From a virus, in IMG/VR virus record IMGVR_UViG_3300025282_000024: a stretch of 64,000 nucleotides of DNA, one strand, 5' to 3'. The notes beneath the pieces are model-generated. The model was not told where the DNA came from, made no database searches, and saw only the letters and a list, made by a program, of their open reading frames with translations. Made by a program: the position numbers and the translations under genes. Numbering within the stretch: the stretch's first letter is position 1; each line of letters begins with the position of its first letter. Positions 25,182-37,200 of the stretch are shown here, in pieces.

Positions 25182-28100
25182 TTAACATTTTCCTGAGCTG
25201 TGTATATTTGGCTCGCCACTTGAAGATTCATTTTCTTTTTGAATTTTAGCAACATCCTTCACAGTTAAATTCAAATCAAATTTCTTACCCGTCTTTTTAC
25301 TTGTAAATCTAAATTTAAATGTTTTGCCCCACACTGATTTATCCAGCTCAGGATCTCCAATCATTTTATCCAAGTCGCCACTATTAACTAGCCCAACTGA
25401 ACCATCCTTATAATTTTCTAAAGCATCCTCGTCAAGAACTCTTTGTTCCATGGTGGGCCCAATTCGAATATATTTCATAAAACTCTTTGTAGGATCATTT
25501 GCTTTTTTATCTTGCAACTCATTCATGAAAAACATTTTAAATATTGTATAAGGGGCCTCGCCATCTTTGTCTACAATTCTAGCCAAATATACTGGGGATG
25601 GATTAGAATAATTGCCATGTGTATCTATTTCTCTAAATATGTAATAATAATCTTTATTTGTTTTTAATGTATCATCGATATACCCAAGATTTGATAGACC
25701 TTCACCAACAGCCGCTATTCTTGTTTCACTAGTCGGCGTAAAGTCTTGATATGATTTGGGTTTTTTATCAATTCTTAATATTTCTATAGAGCCACAAAAG
25801 TCATCTCCAGAGTAAGTAATTGGCCCCTTCATTTTTCTCTGGTTTATTCTTGTCTTAACTTGTGTGGTTTCTTCATCTTTGTTCATGAGAATATGAGTTT
25901 TTCCCTCATTGCCTCCAACTCCAGGTACCAAAACTTTATCAAGAGATATGGGATATAAATCATATTCTCCAATATTAAAATTACAATTTATTAATACTTT
26001 GTCAGTTTCCCCATATAACGGCAGGAATGATACATCTGGAAATATTGGTGGCTTATCCCAAACCAGTGTTGTTTCGAGAGATGTCAAAAAATAAGATGCT
26101 TCGTAATTTGTGGCTTTCTCTCCCGGAAGATAAACAGTATTGTTGGCAGACGCAATTGTATTATAATACGGAACTCTAATTAAATGTACGTCTGGTTTAT
26201 AATTGTAGTATAAATCAAGACCTTGGCCTGGGAAAAGAAAATTCGGCCCACTTATGACTTCACTTTGATATTGTGTGCCAATGACAAAAGTGTGTGCATA
26301 AACTTGATAGTAATACCCCTTATCATATTTAACTTGTGTGTCAATATATTTTGCTGTATCGATGCCTGGAATATTTGGAATGAAAAAGCTTTGTATAAAT
26401 GATTTAGTTTTTGTATTGAGTTTTCCTGGGTTGGGGCCGCCCACCGGAGCATAAGAAAAATTCTCACCGGTCTTTTCTTCTTCAGAACTGCCCACGCTAT
26501 TGCCTGGAGAATATGGTGCTTCTTCAAAATCAGCATCTGTCCAAGCTTTATATTTGACAACTTCATAAAATAAAACTTCAGAATATGCTTTTTTGCCTTG
26601 ATATATATCTTTTACGCTTCTTACTCTTTCATTAATAAATTTATTTATTTTTGTCTTTGCAGCTATCCATTTTAAAAACGAGAGGGGAGCACCAGCAGAT
26701 TTAGGAGGAGCTTTTCCAAAAACAACAGGTTTTAATATGCTGATGTCGTCAGACAATACCCCTCCTTTTAATTTTTTTAATTGTGCGATATAGTCAGCAC
26801 CGCTACCTTCATTATTTATCCAATCATAATATTGAGGAGGGAGGCCTGCAAAATTATTTGCTAGCCTCTTCATCGTGTTTTTTGCCCATTCTCCATCGGT
26901 ATGGTATGCAGGGGATGCATCTAAATCCAACAAAAGGTCAGTTTCTAGAAAATCATTTAACCAAAGATGCAACAATGTTTCGTTAAACATTGTATTTTGT
27001 TCCGGTTGTACATCTCCTTTCACAATTTGATTATCTTTTCTTATTACACATGTTTCATTCAGGGTGGTCGATGCATAAAGTGTAATATCGTCATAAAATT
27101 TTTGGACTTTTTCAGTAAGCGCGTCTTCGCTAGCGTTACAAACGGTGTATGTGGCCGCCATAACATTTTGCATAAAAATATCAGTTAAGCCGCTCTCATA
27201 CAAAACGTTACCTACATAGCCGCTGTTGGCCATCGGTAAATTAATATCGACATAAAAGGGAAACATCTTTTTTAATTTATCTGCCTCATCTACAAAATCT
27301 TTCATTTTATATGCAGAGACGCCAACAACATTGTATTTCTTTTCTTTAATTGAATATTGAGAACCTTTAATGCCCCCCTTATAGAAGTTGGTACCACACG
27401 CATCTCCGGTATTATATTTATCGAAGGCGCCGCATGCAGGCTCATTTAATGTGCCCATAGTGCTTACCCAAGAGTTTAAATAATCAGCAATATTTTTAAC
27501 TGGTCCATTATTTGTATCTTGTTTCTTAGTACCTACAGACAGATATTGTCCCAAAGTGCCAGCTAAGAATTTATAGGTCGCAGGAGCAACTGGGATCGGT
27601 GGCCACGTTTGGTCTTCGTAAGGGCCATCAATATATAAAGAACCATTTTCTTTTTTACAATATTTAAACAGATCGGTAGGCATCCATGAACCCTGGTCAG
27701 AATAACGAAAATATTGTTCTTCAGAAATTTGATCATAAATCAAGGCATATATGTTTGGAAGAAGCTGTTCTGGTATAGGCGACAAATCGGCATCGCTAAC
27801 ATATGACTCATGAGGCACTTTTATTGGCATATTATCTGAGGTAGGATAATCAGAAATTGCTTTCTCATAGGGCAATAAATAAAAATTATAATGACCTTGA
27901 ATTTTCACTGGAGATGATAATCCCAGATCCTCGCCAACGTTTGCTTGGTATGCGTTTTCTAGAAATGGCTTTTTAATTTCAAAAGTCGCATCTCTATATG
28001 AGTGGCCGCTGTAGTTTTTTGGAGCAAGTATACTCAAAGCATCATTATTGTCGGGGTCAGGGGCAGACAATTTTTCCCATTTCTCCCCGTTCTCATTTCC

Positions 28101-28886
28101 ACTAAACTGTTTTAAGTTTTCGAAAGCAGGATTGTCCCCAGCATTATAAGTTTTAAGGCGAAGGAGTTCGTTCATCAATAGAAGTCTAGATTTATATTGG
28201 CCCGCCTGGTCGGGCCCGGGCTTGTGAAGCTTTGAGGAAGAATATAATCCGTTTTTCCATGCAGCCGAATTATTGTCTGCAAAAGATCCCAACGACTGAA
28301 GATCGTATGTATTAGATGCATGAGGGGCGCCAATACTAAGGGCACCAATTGGGGACTTTTCTACCAAATAAGATATTTTAGCGGCTGCTCGAAGCGGATC
28401 CGCAGTATCTGAGGGGGCCGGCGGATTAAAGATATCTACCTGATCGCTATTTTTATAACGTGTTTTGTTTTTTAGCATAGGAAAACCGCCCGGGAATTCC
28501 AATTCGCCTGCTGCCTGTTGCGCAACATCAAAAGCAACATATTCAAGAGAAGCAACATTTTCTGGATCCACAGACATATTCCATGGAAACCATGACTCCG
28601 CAAGGCCCGGAGGAACTTTCCAACCTTTTTTCCATGGAAAGGTTGCGAAGGGCCCTTTTACGTGGGCGGCGCCGGCGGCAGAAACAAGTGAATAATCTCC
28701 ATATATTTCGCCCACCGTTTCTTCGGGGTTGCCTCCCTCAAGATTCATAGTTCTAAAGGGCGTATTAAATGGCACCACCAATATAGTAGATTGTGGGGAC
28801 TTCATAGAAGAGAGCTGATTATCAGGTTTCTCAAAAAGATCAACCTCTACCATTTCGCCTGTTTCTGGGTCTTTGTACCAAGCCAT
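25182..28886 (-). CDS. Large hypothetical protein, probably virion, 1234 aa
   Basis: Long ORF in the baseplate module; C-terminal beta-rich motifs (YIDTQVKYDKGYYY, YYYIFREID.HGNYSNPS, FKFRFTSKKTGKKFDLN). Confidence 0.75.
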   Translation of the reverse strand: MAWYKDPETGEMVEVDLFEKPDNQLSSMKSPQSTILVVPFNTPFRTMNLEGGNPEETVGEIYGDYSLVSAAGAAHVKGPFATFPWKKGWKVPPGLAESWFPWNMSVDPENVASLEYVAFDVAQQAAGELEFPGGFPMLKNKTRYKNSDQVDIFNPPAPSDTADPLRAAAKISYLVEKSPIGALSIGAPHASNTYDLQSLGSFADNNSAAWKNGLYSSSKLHKPGPDQAGQYKSRLLLMNELLRLKTYNAGDNPAFENLKQFSGNENGEKWEKLSAPDPDNNDALSILAPKNYSGHSYRDATFEIKKPFLENAYQANVGEDLGLSSPVKIQGHYNFYLLPYEKAISDYPTSDNMPIKVPHESYVSDADLSPIPEQLLPNIYALIYDQISEEQYFRYSDQGSWMPTDLFKYCKKENGSLYIDGPYEDQTWPPIPVAPATYKFLAGTLGQYLSVGTKKQDTNNGPVKNIADYLNSWVSTMGTLNEPACGAFDKYNTGDACGTNFYKGGIKGSQYSIKEKKYNVVGVSAYKMKDFVDEADKLKKMFPFYVDINLPMANSGYVGNVLYESGLTDIFMQNVMAATYTVCNASEDALTEKVQKFYDDITLYASTTLNETCVIRKDNQIVKGDVQPEQNTMFNETLLHLWLNDFLETDLLLDLDASPAYHTDGEWAKNTMKRLANNFAGLPPQYYDWINNEGSGADYIAQLKKLKGGVLSDDISILKPVVFGKAPPKSAGAPLSFLKWIAAKTKINKFINERVRSVKDIYQGKKAYSEVLFYEVVKYKAWTDADFEEAPYSPGNSVGSSEEEKTGENFSYAPVGGPNPGKLNTKTKSFIQSFFIPNIPGIDTAKYIDTQVKYDKGYYYQVYAHTFVIGTQYQSEVISGPNFLFPGQGLDLYYNYKPDVHLIRVPYYNTIASANNTVYLPGEKATNYEASYFLTSLETTLVWDKPPIFPDVSFLPLYGETDKVLINCNFNIGEYDLYPISLDKVLVPGVGGNEGKTHILMNKDEETTQVKTRINQRKMKGPITYSGDDFCGSIEILRIDKKPKSYQDFTPTSETRIAAVGEGLSNLGYIDDTLKTNKDYYYIFREIDTHGNYSNPSPVYLARIVDKDGEAPYTIFKMFFMNELQDKKANDPTKSFMKYIRIGPTMEQRVLDEDALENYKDGSVGLVNSGDLDKMIGDPELDKSVWGKTFKFRFTSKKTGKKFDLNLTVKDVAKIQKENESSSGEPNIHSSGKC

Positions 28887-28890
28887 TTAT

Positions 28891-29100
28891 TTAGTAGGCT
28901 CCTCCATCATCATTTTGCATGTCTACGGGGTTAGTACCATAGCTTTCCTCATCAACGCCAATAAAATCAAAGCTAGCCATTTGTTCTTGAAGGCTTTTAT
29001 TGGTTTCGGGAACATCAAACATGAAGCCGGTGCAAACATATTCTGCTCCCATTTTCGCAAGCTCTTGCGGATTTTTTAAGTTTACTATACTCAAAGCCAT
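28891..29100 (-). CDS. Hypothetical protein, 69 aa
   Basis: Strong SD AAGGAG; fills the gap between two large ORFs. Confidence 0.65.
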   Translation of the reverse strand: MALSIVNLKNPQELAKMGAEYVCTGFMFDVPETNKSLQEQMASFDFIGVDEESYGTNPVDMQNDDGGAY

Positions 29101-29115
29101 TTTTAAACTCCTTTT

Positions 29116-32100
29116 TTAAAAATTGTAATTATCAGTGTTTGGGCTAGCTTGCTGGGCCTGATTCATTTCATTATCTGCGGCGTCGTTGACGGTAGGTTGC
29201 AGGGGCTCATTAGCATCAACTTCTCCGATGCCACCTACTGAAGGCGATAAATCTTTTAAAGATGTATCAACCATTTGCATTCCCGGCGCTCCAGCTGATA
29301 TTTTTTTGTCTGGAAACTTATCTATATATGCATTGCTTGCCAAATTTTCTATTTGATGTTGTGTAGTGAGAAGAAAGTGCCCATCATATACTTGCATATC
29401 TAAAACTTCATATGCCTTTGTGTTAAAAATATCATATTTCCTTTTAACTAGCCTACACAACAAATGAACACTAGAGCCTTTAGCCGTTGCCTGATCGACA
29501 GCTGCATTTATAGCATTTAATTTAGTAAGAGTCAGCGGCTCCCATATGGGGGCTTTCGCGGATGCATTAAACACTTCCTCATATTTTTTAGCGTTACCGT
29601 CTGGATTTGAAACGGATTTGGGAATATCTTTAACTCCCTCATAGCCAGCCAAATATTGCACTTCTACTACATTCATATGATTAAACCAAAATTGACCAAA
29701 CTTATCTATTTTTAGATCCTGATTTTGAATATCTTGGTTTGAGGGAACAATGCCAGCTGGCTTTTCATAAAGCTGTGGGTTGCCCCCATGTAAATAATAA
29801 CGAAAATCTGGATTTACTTGAAGCTCTTCGGCAGGAGAAACAAAGTTCTCCAAAGAAACCCTGCTTTCAAGGTTAAGATTCGCAATAAGAGCTAGCGCCT
29901 GGAAAGGTAATTCTTGAAGTTTTCCTGCGGTGTCACCCAGAACTTGCATGTAGAGGGTATCCAAAAAGACACCACCCACCCCAGGAGATTTATGAGCGAA
30001 TATACTATTATATAAGTTATTCACATATTTATATAAAATGCTTTTTTCTAACATAGGATCGAAAGAACCCAGTTTCGCATCTAAAACTGTTGGGGCAATA
30101 AAAGTCCCGTTAATCAAAGATAACAATAATTTTTCTTGACCATAATTTTGAGCCCATGGCACGTGCATAATTTTTAGTAGTTGATCTGATGGCATTGCAT
30201 TCTCTAAGTTTTCAAGCGTAGCATTACTTGGTAACGGATCATTCACACCACTATCCCAAGAAAATTGTTCATTGGGGGCGCCTTCAGCGTCACCTATTAA
30301 TTTATTTTCACTTGCGGCCAAATCAGTAGCTGTTAGTGGATCAACAACAGAATCTTGAGGAAAATATATTCCCCTATATGCCAAGGTTTGATATTCCTTT
30401 AATATTCTTTCCATCTGATCGTTGATACCCAAACTTCCATCTATTTTATCATCCGGCCCATATCCTAATTTATGGTCGGAGTTTGTATCGCCATATAATC
30501 CCATTTTATATCGAAGTATATTATTAACAACCATCCAATATTCATTCTCATTGTTGGACTGATGATCAACAATATATTTAGGCAAATGAGTTCCGCCAAT
30601 TGGAACCTTAAGGTGCATACCAATCGAAGGCATGAGATTTAAATTCAACTTTTGGTTTGATTGTGGGCCATGATAAGCTGGAATTTTAACCGGCAAAACA
30701 AATGGCCCTCCATTAAAATTTGGAAAATATTGATTAAATTCATTCAGGCATCGCGTTATATAATTATTAGATAACATCGCCTTAAGCCCAATTTGAGCTG
30801 TTGTCTTATTAGGTAAAGGAGAGGGCGTTGTCCCAACCAAAAAGTCATATCCTCCGTCAGAATGTGTGGTGTGCACCAGTTCTGTCGGTTTTTTAAAAGT
30901 ATGTTCTACTTTGATTTTTTTTGTTGGAGAAGAGTGTAGAGGCATGCCTCCGAAAGCTTTTGGCTCAGGATTAGAAAAAGAATGTACTTTAGGAATCTGT
31001 ACAGTAGAATATGAATTAATAATTGATTTTATTTTGTCAGCTACTAAAATTAATATTTCGCTAAATACATTAAAAGATTCCGGGCTTCCGGTATATACGT
31101 CTAGGAGGTCGGTCAAATCCTCAACTTGAAACATTGGCTTTTTTTGTGCAAGCATTGAAAAACTCTTAACAGCTTCAGCTGCGCTAATAATTGCGCCATG
31201 AGTATTTAGTGTGGACCACCCCTCTTTTTCAAATGTCTGTTGTGCTAACTTGGTAAACTGACCGGTCTGAGAATTGAAAATAGTATTTTGCCCAAATGAG
31301 CTGTGGATCGGATTGTAACCACCGTTAGCAAAACTAACCATAGGCTTCAATTTACTAATTGCAAAAGTAATTTGATTATAAAAATTGAAAAAATAATTTA
31401 ATGTTGGGTCAGTTACTTCAACCTCCAAAGAATATTCAAAAACTCCACGACTTATATTTTGAATATCATAATCTGTAAAAGTATAATAGGTTATGTGGGA
31501 TGCATTTGCGGCGCTGTTAGAAGTAGAATTTTCTATCTTTACTGGAGCCAGCGCTGATTTTACGGGGGGATCATATTCTAAAATAAGCTCTTCTTTTTTA
31601 ACATTAGCATTCCCCAGCTGTCCGGTATAATATATGTTAGGGAACCCATCATATATTAATTTTCTACCCGTATCATTGACCACATCACTTGAACCAACGG
31701 TGTCAACTCTTTTTCTATAAATCTTAAAAGATTTTATATTTGGTACACCATTATTAACTAAAAAGCCGGTCGCAAAAGACCCTCCGCCCAAGTTCGATAA
31801 TTTATCTAAAAGGCTTGGCATCATACAATATTTTTTTATTAACTTTCCCCAGTCAATAGAAAATAATAATTTACTTTGTCTTTTTGTATTGACTGTAGAT
31901 ATTAAATCTCCGAAGCAAGCCAGGTTACTAAAATCAGCAGCGGCGACTTGTGTGAGTTGATTATTAACATAATTCCCCCCAAAGATAAGACCTTTTTCAG
32001 CATCAAAATTAAAAATTTGTTTCTTTATTTCTGCTACCTGTCTGAAATCTTGCACACTACTATTGTTCACCATTACGTAATCTAAATAAGGTTGTGCAGT

Positions 32101-33069
32101 TTCCGGATCGTGCTGATTGCCAGCCATAAATCTGTCGTCATGTTTGTGGGCTCCTCCAAACCAAAGCGTCCCCATTATCTTGTCAAATTTATTGTTTTCT
32201 TGATCTGTTGATATAAAAAATACCATCCCTTGTTTCGGGATTGTAGAATTTTTAATGATAACAGAGCTAGCCACTCTTCCGTGCTTGGGATCCCAAAACT
32301 CAAACTCGCCTCCAGTAGCGTCTTCCAAATCCTCTAACATGCTCGATATATCCAACCTACATATTGCAATTGCTGCTAAATCAGATGGAAACGCAAGCCC
32401 TACTAATTCTTGTTTAATTTTAACTGGAATTTTATAGATTGTTCTTCCATCAGGCATAATATGTTGATATTTTTGTTTAATAAAATCTCTTTTGTTTTGG
32501 AGGCCGGCCTGAGCGTCTCCTAGTGTATTCATCGAATTTTCAACAATGTTGTCAAGTGTCCGGGAAGTGTATTTAAAATCCATATTATTGATTAATTGGA
32601 ATGGATGTGATGGTGGCCACTTAGGGCTTCCATCTTCTGTTTTATTGCCATCTAAATAAGCTAGCATGGTGCCTGGTATCGAAAAGCCAAATTTTTCTTT
32701 ATCTTTTTTTGATATATAATGTTGATAGGCTGCTTTGCCTTTTTCATTCTTAAAAGTTATAAGTTGAACTTTTACATATTTAAAAATGTCATCGACAAAC
32801 ATGCCCAAATCGTCAAATAATTCTTCCACTTCTAGAAGCAAATCATATGTTACAATCAATTTATTAGAAGAGGTAAAATCGGAGGCTGTAGGATCGCTAG
32901 TCCAGCCGCCGCTTCCTTCAGCCCTTTTATCAATATGCGCATCAATTGCCGACTCTCTATTTGCAGCAATCTCGTTTAAAGCGGCGCTCGCACCCTCAAG
33001 AGTAACTTTATTAATATAAATGTTTGGTAGTATAGAATTTACCAAGCCGTTAAAACTAAAATTTGCCAT
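29116..33069 (-). CDS. Large hypothetical protein, probably virion, 1317 aa
   Basis: Long ORF translationally coupled to the upstream gene. Confidence 0.75.
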   Translation of the reverse strand: MANFSFNGLVNSILPNIYINKVTLEGASAALNEIAANRESAIDAHIDKRAEGSGGWTSDPTASDFTSSNKLIVTYDLLLEVEELFDDLGMFVDDIFKYVKVQLITFKNEKGKAAYQHYISKKDKEKFGFSIPGTMLAYLDGNKTEDGSPKWPPSHPFQLINNMDFKYTSRTLDNIVENSMNTLGDAQAGLQNKRDFIKQKYQHIMPDGRTIYKIPVKIKQELVGLAFPSDLAAIAICRLDISSMLEDLEDATGGEFEFWDPKHGRVASSVIIKNSTIPKQGMVFFISTDQENNKFDKIMGTLWFGGAHKHDDRFMAGNQHDPETAQPYLDYVMVNNSSVQDFRQVAEIKKQIFNFDAEKGLIFGGNYVNNQLTQVAAADFSNLACFGDLISTVNTKRQSKLLFSIDWGKLIKKYCMMPSLLDKLSNLGGGSFATGFLVNNGVPNIKSFKIYRKRVDTVGSSDVVNDTGRKLIYDGFPNIYYTGQLGNANVKKEELILEYDPPVKSALAPVKIENSTSNSAANASHITYYTFTDYDIQNISRGVFEYSLEVEVTDPTLNYFFNFYNQITFAISKLKPMVSFANGGYNPIHSSFGQNTIFNSQTGQFTKLAQQTFEKEGWSTLNTHGAIISAAEAVKSFSMLAQKKPMFQVEDLTDLLDVYTGSPESFNVFSEILILVADKIKSIINSYSTVQIPKVHSFSNPEPKAFGGMPLHSSPTKKIKVEHTFKKPTELVHTTHSDGGYDFLVGTTPSPLPNKTTAQIGLKAMLSNNYITRCLNEFNQYFPNFNGGPFVLPVKIPAYHGPQSNQKLNLNLMPSIGMHLKVPIGGTHLPKYIVDHQSNNENEYWMVVNNILRYKMGLYGDTNSDHKLGYGPDDKIDGSLGINDQMERILKEYQTLAYRGIYFPQDSVVDPLTATDLAASENKLIGDAEGAPNEQFSWDSGVNDPLPSNATLENLENAMPSDQLLKIMHVPWAQNYGQEKLLLSLINGTFIAPTVLDAKLGSFDPMLEKSILYKYVNNLYNSIFAHKSPGVGGVFLDTLYMQVLGDTAGKLQELPFQALALIANLNLESRVSLENFVSPAEELQVNPDFRYYLHGGNPQLYEKPAGIVPSNQDIQNQDLKIDKFGQFWFNHMNVVEVQYLAGYEGVKDIPKSVSNPDGNAKKYEEVFNASAKAPIWEPLTLTKLNAINAAVDQATAKGSSVHLLCRLVKRKYDIFNTKAYEVLDMQVYDGHFLLTTQHQIENLASNAYIDKFPDKKISAGAPGMQMVDTSLKDLSPSVGGIGEVDANEPLQPTVNDAADNEMNQAQQASPNTDNYNF

Positions 33070-34154
33070 TATTCACACGCATCCTCTATATCCACTATAT
33101 TCTGATTCTCGGCAGTGCCATATATATTAACGGGAGTGCCTTGGGGGCCAAGTGTATCATTACAATTAAATATCTTATCGATAAAGATATTTTTAACTTT
33201 ATCTTGAGTGTTTTGCAGATGACAAAATTCTTCTTCATCAATTTCAAAATCAACATCAATATCAAAATAATATTCAACATTCTTATCAGTAATGGCCCCG
33301 TTCTCATTAACAAAATATAATCTTTCTAAAATTTCAGGGCTTGTACCAACTGCATTGGAGGTAACCATATAAACTTCTAATTCAAAATTTTCTTTTTTGA
33401 ATTCCGTATTTGCCTCTTCAACTTTTAACATGGCGAAATCACCCAAAACCATAACATAAGAATCATCCATGAGCTTATATGGAGTATTTAGTCCATCTTC
33501 CGATAGGTGCATCTCCGCCTCTGTGGGCACTAAATCATATATTTCTGCAGGGATTTCATCTAAGTCCTTATAATTGGGGTCTGGAGGGTAAAAGCATGCC
33601 TTATACTTAATATCACACCCTAATTGAGGAATAAAAGTTGTAGGTACTGTAGTTGAGCCAGTATAAGAAGCGTTTGCAGATCCTGTCCATGCATAATCTA
33701 CAGAAATTAATTCTGCTTTATAAAACCCCACATCCCAAGCAGCTATATTATTTGAATTATATGCGGAACTGCCAATTGGGTTCATATAAATATAAGAGCT
33801 ATCTGGCGTTTCAAGAAGAAAATCAGAAGCTTCTTTCTGAGATGCAGCAACCACTCCGGGCATCAAATTATTAACATGTGTGCCATCCTCAGAAAATACT
33901 CCGACTTCGGCGGCCCTATAAATACTTTGAGGATGCAACCTTGGAGTCTCCTCTTGAATTCTCCCTTCGATATTATTTTGTAATTCAGCATCTGGGCGGG
34001 TCGACCCTGTGCCAACAAACTGTATATCATAAATTATATCATCATCAAAAAAAGCATATTGATGGGGCTTAAGTTTTCCTAACGAAAGCAAATATCTACC
34101 ATAGGATGTTAATTCTAGATTTAATGTTTCTTCTTTTGGATTCGCATATATCAT
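33069..34154 (-). CDS. Virion structural protein, 361 aa
   Basis: N-terminal LELTSYGRYLLSLG...YAFFDDDIIYD is paralogous to the N-terminus of the 324-aa protein. Confidence 0.7.
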   Translation of the reverse strand: MIYANPKEETLNLELTSYGRYLLSLGKLKPHQYAFFDDDIIYDIQFVGTGSTRPDAELQNNIEGRIQEETPRLHPQSIYRAAEVGVFSEDGTHVNNLMPGVVAASQKEASDFLLETPDSSYIYMNPIGSSAYNSNNIAAWDVGFYKAELISVDYAWTGSANASYTGSTTVPTTFIPQLGCDIKYKACFYPPDPNYKDLDEIPAEIYDLVPTEAEMHLSEDGLNTPYKLMDDSYVMVLGDFAMLKVEEANTEFKKENFELEVYMVTSNAVGTSPEILERLYFVNENGAITDKNVEYYFDIDVDFEIDEEEFCHLQNTQDKVKNIFIDKIFNCNDTLGPQGTPVNIYGTAENQNIVDIEDACE

Positions 34155-34168
34155 TTGGATATCCCTTA

Positions 34169-34176
34169 ATAAATAG
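34169..34176 (-). promoter_or_regulatory. Candidate late promoter motif CTATTTAT
   Basis: Intergenic CTANTTA(T/A) match 14 nt upstream of the ATG. Confidence 0.5.
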
Positions 34177-34208
34177 GTCTTTTATTATTTTGTTTGTTTT
34201 TCAAAAAA

Positions 34209-37200
34209 TTATTTGAGCTTAAGATCGTCTGCAGTTATTGATGCAAAATTTTCTTGGGCTTGTGCTTGTAATATTATAAATTGTTGAGGAGAAGATATAA
34301 GTGGAAGACTGCCAAGGGCGTTCTTGATAAAAGTATCAGGATCAGTTTCAGTAACAGAATCAGAAACGGGGGGAATAGTCCACAAAACTTCAAGTGGAAG
34401 TATCTTCAACATATCTATTATTGTTGGTGTGCTGATAGGCTCTGTTCTTGGGGTTAGCGTGACTGTCTCATTTATTTTTGCTAACTCAATTAATGAAAAG
34501 AAATCATAAGGCCAATTATAGCTATAATCGAGAGGCTTTAACCCTGGGACCGGGGCGGGGCCCGCTCCTGGTGGAGGAGGGCCTGGCATCATATTAGTCG
34601 CAGTTATATCATGATAAGACCAAGAAGCCTTTTGTTTAACTTTAAAAACCATCCATTGAATATTTTTTGGAAAGCCTATACCAGCAGGGCCAATCTTATC
34701 TCCGGGCACATCATTTAAGAGATCAAAGCCTTTGTTTGCATCTAAGACGTCCTCGGCTTTTGGTGGCGCCGGAGCTGGGCCAGTGTTAGTGGGGTCTGGC
34801 TTCCAAACCTCTCCGGCTAAAAGATTCATGCCAAAATCAATTTCAGAAACTGCACATTGAATTCCGCTGGCCGAGTCCGTTCTCTTTTCTGAGGGGAGTA
34901 CTCCCTGCCACATTTTAACCAAGTCATCTTGAGTAAAGTGGTGATCAAATTCAAATATGACCATAGCCATGGGTTCTTGATTTTTATTCATCAAGAAATT
35001 AAACCCAGGCGGAATAACATATTTTTTCATTGCCTTCACTAGATTAACAACTGATGGCGCAGGTTTATATTTTACGGCACCATCAACAGAACTAAGATTT
35101 TTTATTAAATAATCAATATCTTTAATTTCAGGATTAAGCAGCTTCGATTGAGCCCAGTCGATAGTTTTCCTATCTATGTGGAAAAAATTTCTACTGCCTT
35201 GAGAATCTTCATAAAACGGTACCGCAACAATTGCTTCACTTATAGTTTTGCCCTCTATGGGGATTTGGCCCAGCTTTTTACTTGGATTTAAATTAAAGCC
35301 TAATTTTTCTGCAAGATTTCCTACGGTGTCGTTATCTTGAGAGCCGCTGACAGGTTGGATTTCTAAGAATACGCCGCTGTCGGCAGAAGGGATAGTTCCA
35401 TATTGATGCCACATTCCCTTTGCAATTGACCATTCTCGATTTACGGTCTCAATAGAAGCGGTGATATTGGTGAAATCTAATATTGGACATTCCCACTTAG
35501 GTTGAATTACCCAGCGTGTTTTGCTACCTTCTGTAACAACTTGATTCCAATTTATAGAAGCACTTAGTTGCATAGCTGCTTGAGCTGCCGGCGGAACTGT
35601 GTTCAGAACATCCGGGGGCCAGCTGATTGCGACGGCCGCTCCAGAAGTTATCATGTCTCTGTAATATGAAGCTGTTATAGCTGACATTACATCTGTTATT
35701 GTTTTATAGCCACTAAATTCCGGAGTATAAGATATCTCAATATGACTATAACCATTGTAATACGGAGGAGTATATGGCTCAAAACTGCCAGTGGCTTTGC
35801 CGGCCCAACCAATACCTGGCGCATAGGCAGTATGGCTGCCGGCATATATTGGGGGGCCAAAAGAAGACCCATAAACAGGAATATGTGTGGTGTTGACCTG
35901 TACACCAACTGTATGTGTTCCAGAGAACCATGGTACTACGCCGCGGTTGTAACCGCTGTCGGAGGCCGTTAGACTTAAATATTTGGTTTGGTAGGTTCTG
36001 TCGAACGCCCGGTTATACATCATAATTGTGGGTGGGTTATATTCATAAGATGCACTATTGTTATAGCGAAGGGCGCCTGCCACAGTTGATGTATCCTGAA
36101 GGGTAGCAAGATCACGTATTTCTGAGTGGGAGCACACTATTCTCATTTTATACGTTTTATCTGCCGTAAAATAAATGAAATTGCCCTCGGCTTTTGCGCC
36201 TAAAGGATCCTCAAATAATGGGGCGCTCCCTTCTAATGTTTCTTTAGACACAAAAGTTGTCATTGGGCCATAATCATTATCATTTTTTCCATCGGTGGCT
36301 CCCAAAAAGAAGCGCGGAACCTCTGATGTAAAGTTATTAATTGCCATATTATAAAGATCATTTGCAGGCTTTCCAAAACTTCCGGTACTATCTATCGAAG
36401 AGGAGCGGTGTGTTTCGGCGTCCACTATTTTCCCAATGTCACTGAGCCAATAATCAGGATTTACGAGAGCCTCAAAAGGTGCCCTTTTTGTTGGCGGAGT
36501 TGTGGCTATACCAACATAGTGGTCTATTGCGTTTGCGGTTATATAATCTGTGAGTGATCCAGTAAACAGAGGATAGTCAACTGCCAATCCGGATTTAATT
36601 GAATTATATAATATACCAGGAGCAAAAAATGGTGTCATTAGAGTGCGCCAATTAGCCTCTGAGCCTGTTAAATCAGCATTAGGAGCATAAGATTGACTAA
36701 ACAACGTTGCTAGCTGCACTGACCTTTCAGAAGGATAAAAACCATCATAAGGAAGGAATTTCATGAGTGCATTACATTTAAGAGTGAGATTCGTAGGCAT
36801 TGCAACGCTTGAAAAGTCGCTGTCAATCGGTTGAAAATATTTCAAAAAATCAGCATTGCTATATACTGTGTAAAAAGAACCAGAGCCAAGCAACGTAGTA
36901 TCAGCGCTGCTACTTATAACTGATCCTGTCAAAGTTAGCCAACCAGGATTATCCGCCAAAAATCCACCAGAAGAAGCCATATCAACAACATGATATTCCA
37001 TATGCTCACTAATTCTATATTCTGGAACAATACCATAATCTTTTCCAATGCTTCTAACATCTTCAGCATATTCTTTATAAGTATTATAGGAAGGGTTATA
37101 TCCCGATTGCTCGCCAGCTTCCCATTCAGTTTGGCCAAGATAAAATGCTACAAATGGGCTGTCGGTGTACACTTGAGGAATTCTTCTGTTATATGTTGCG

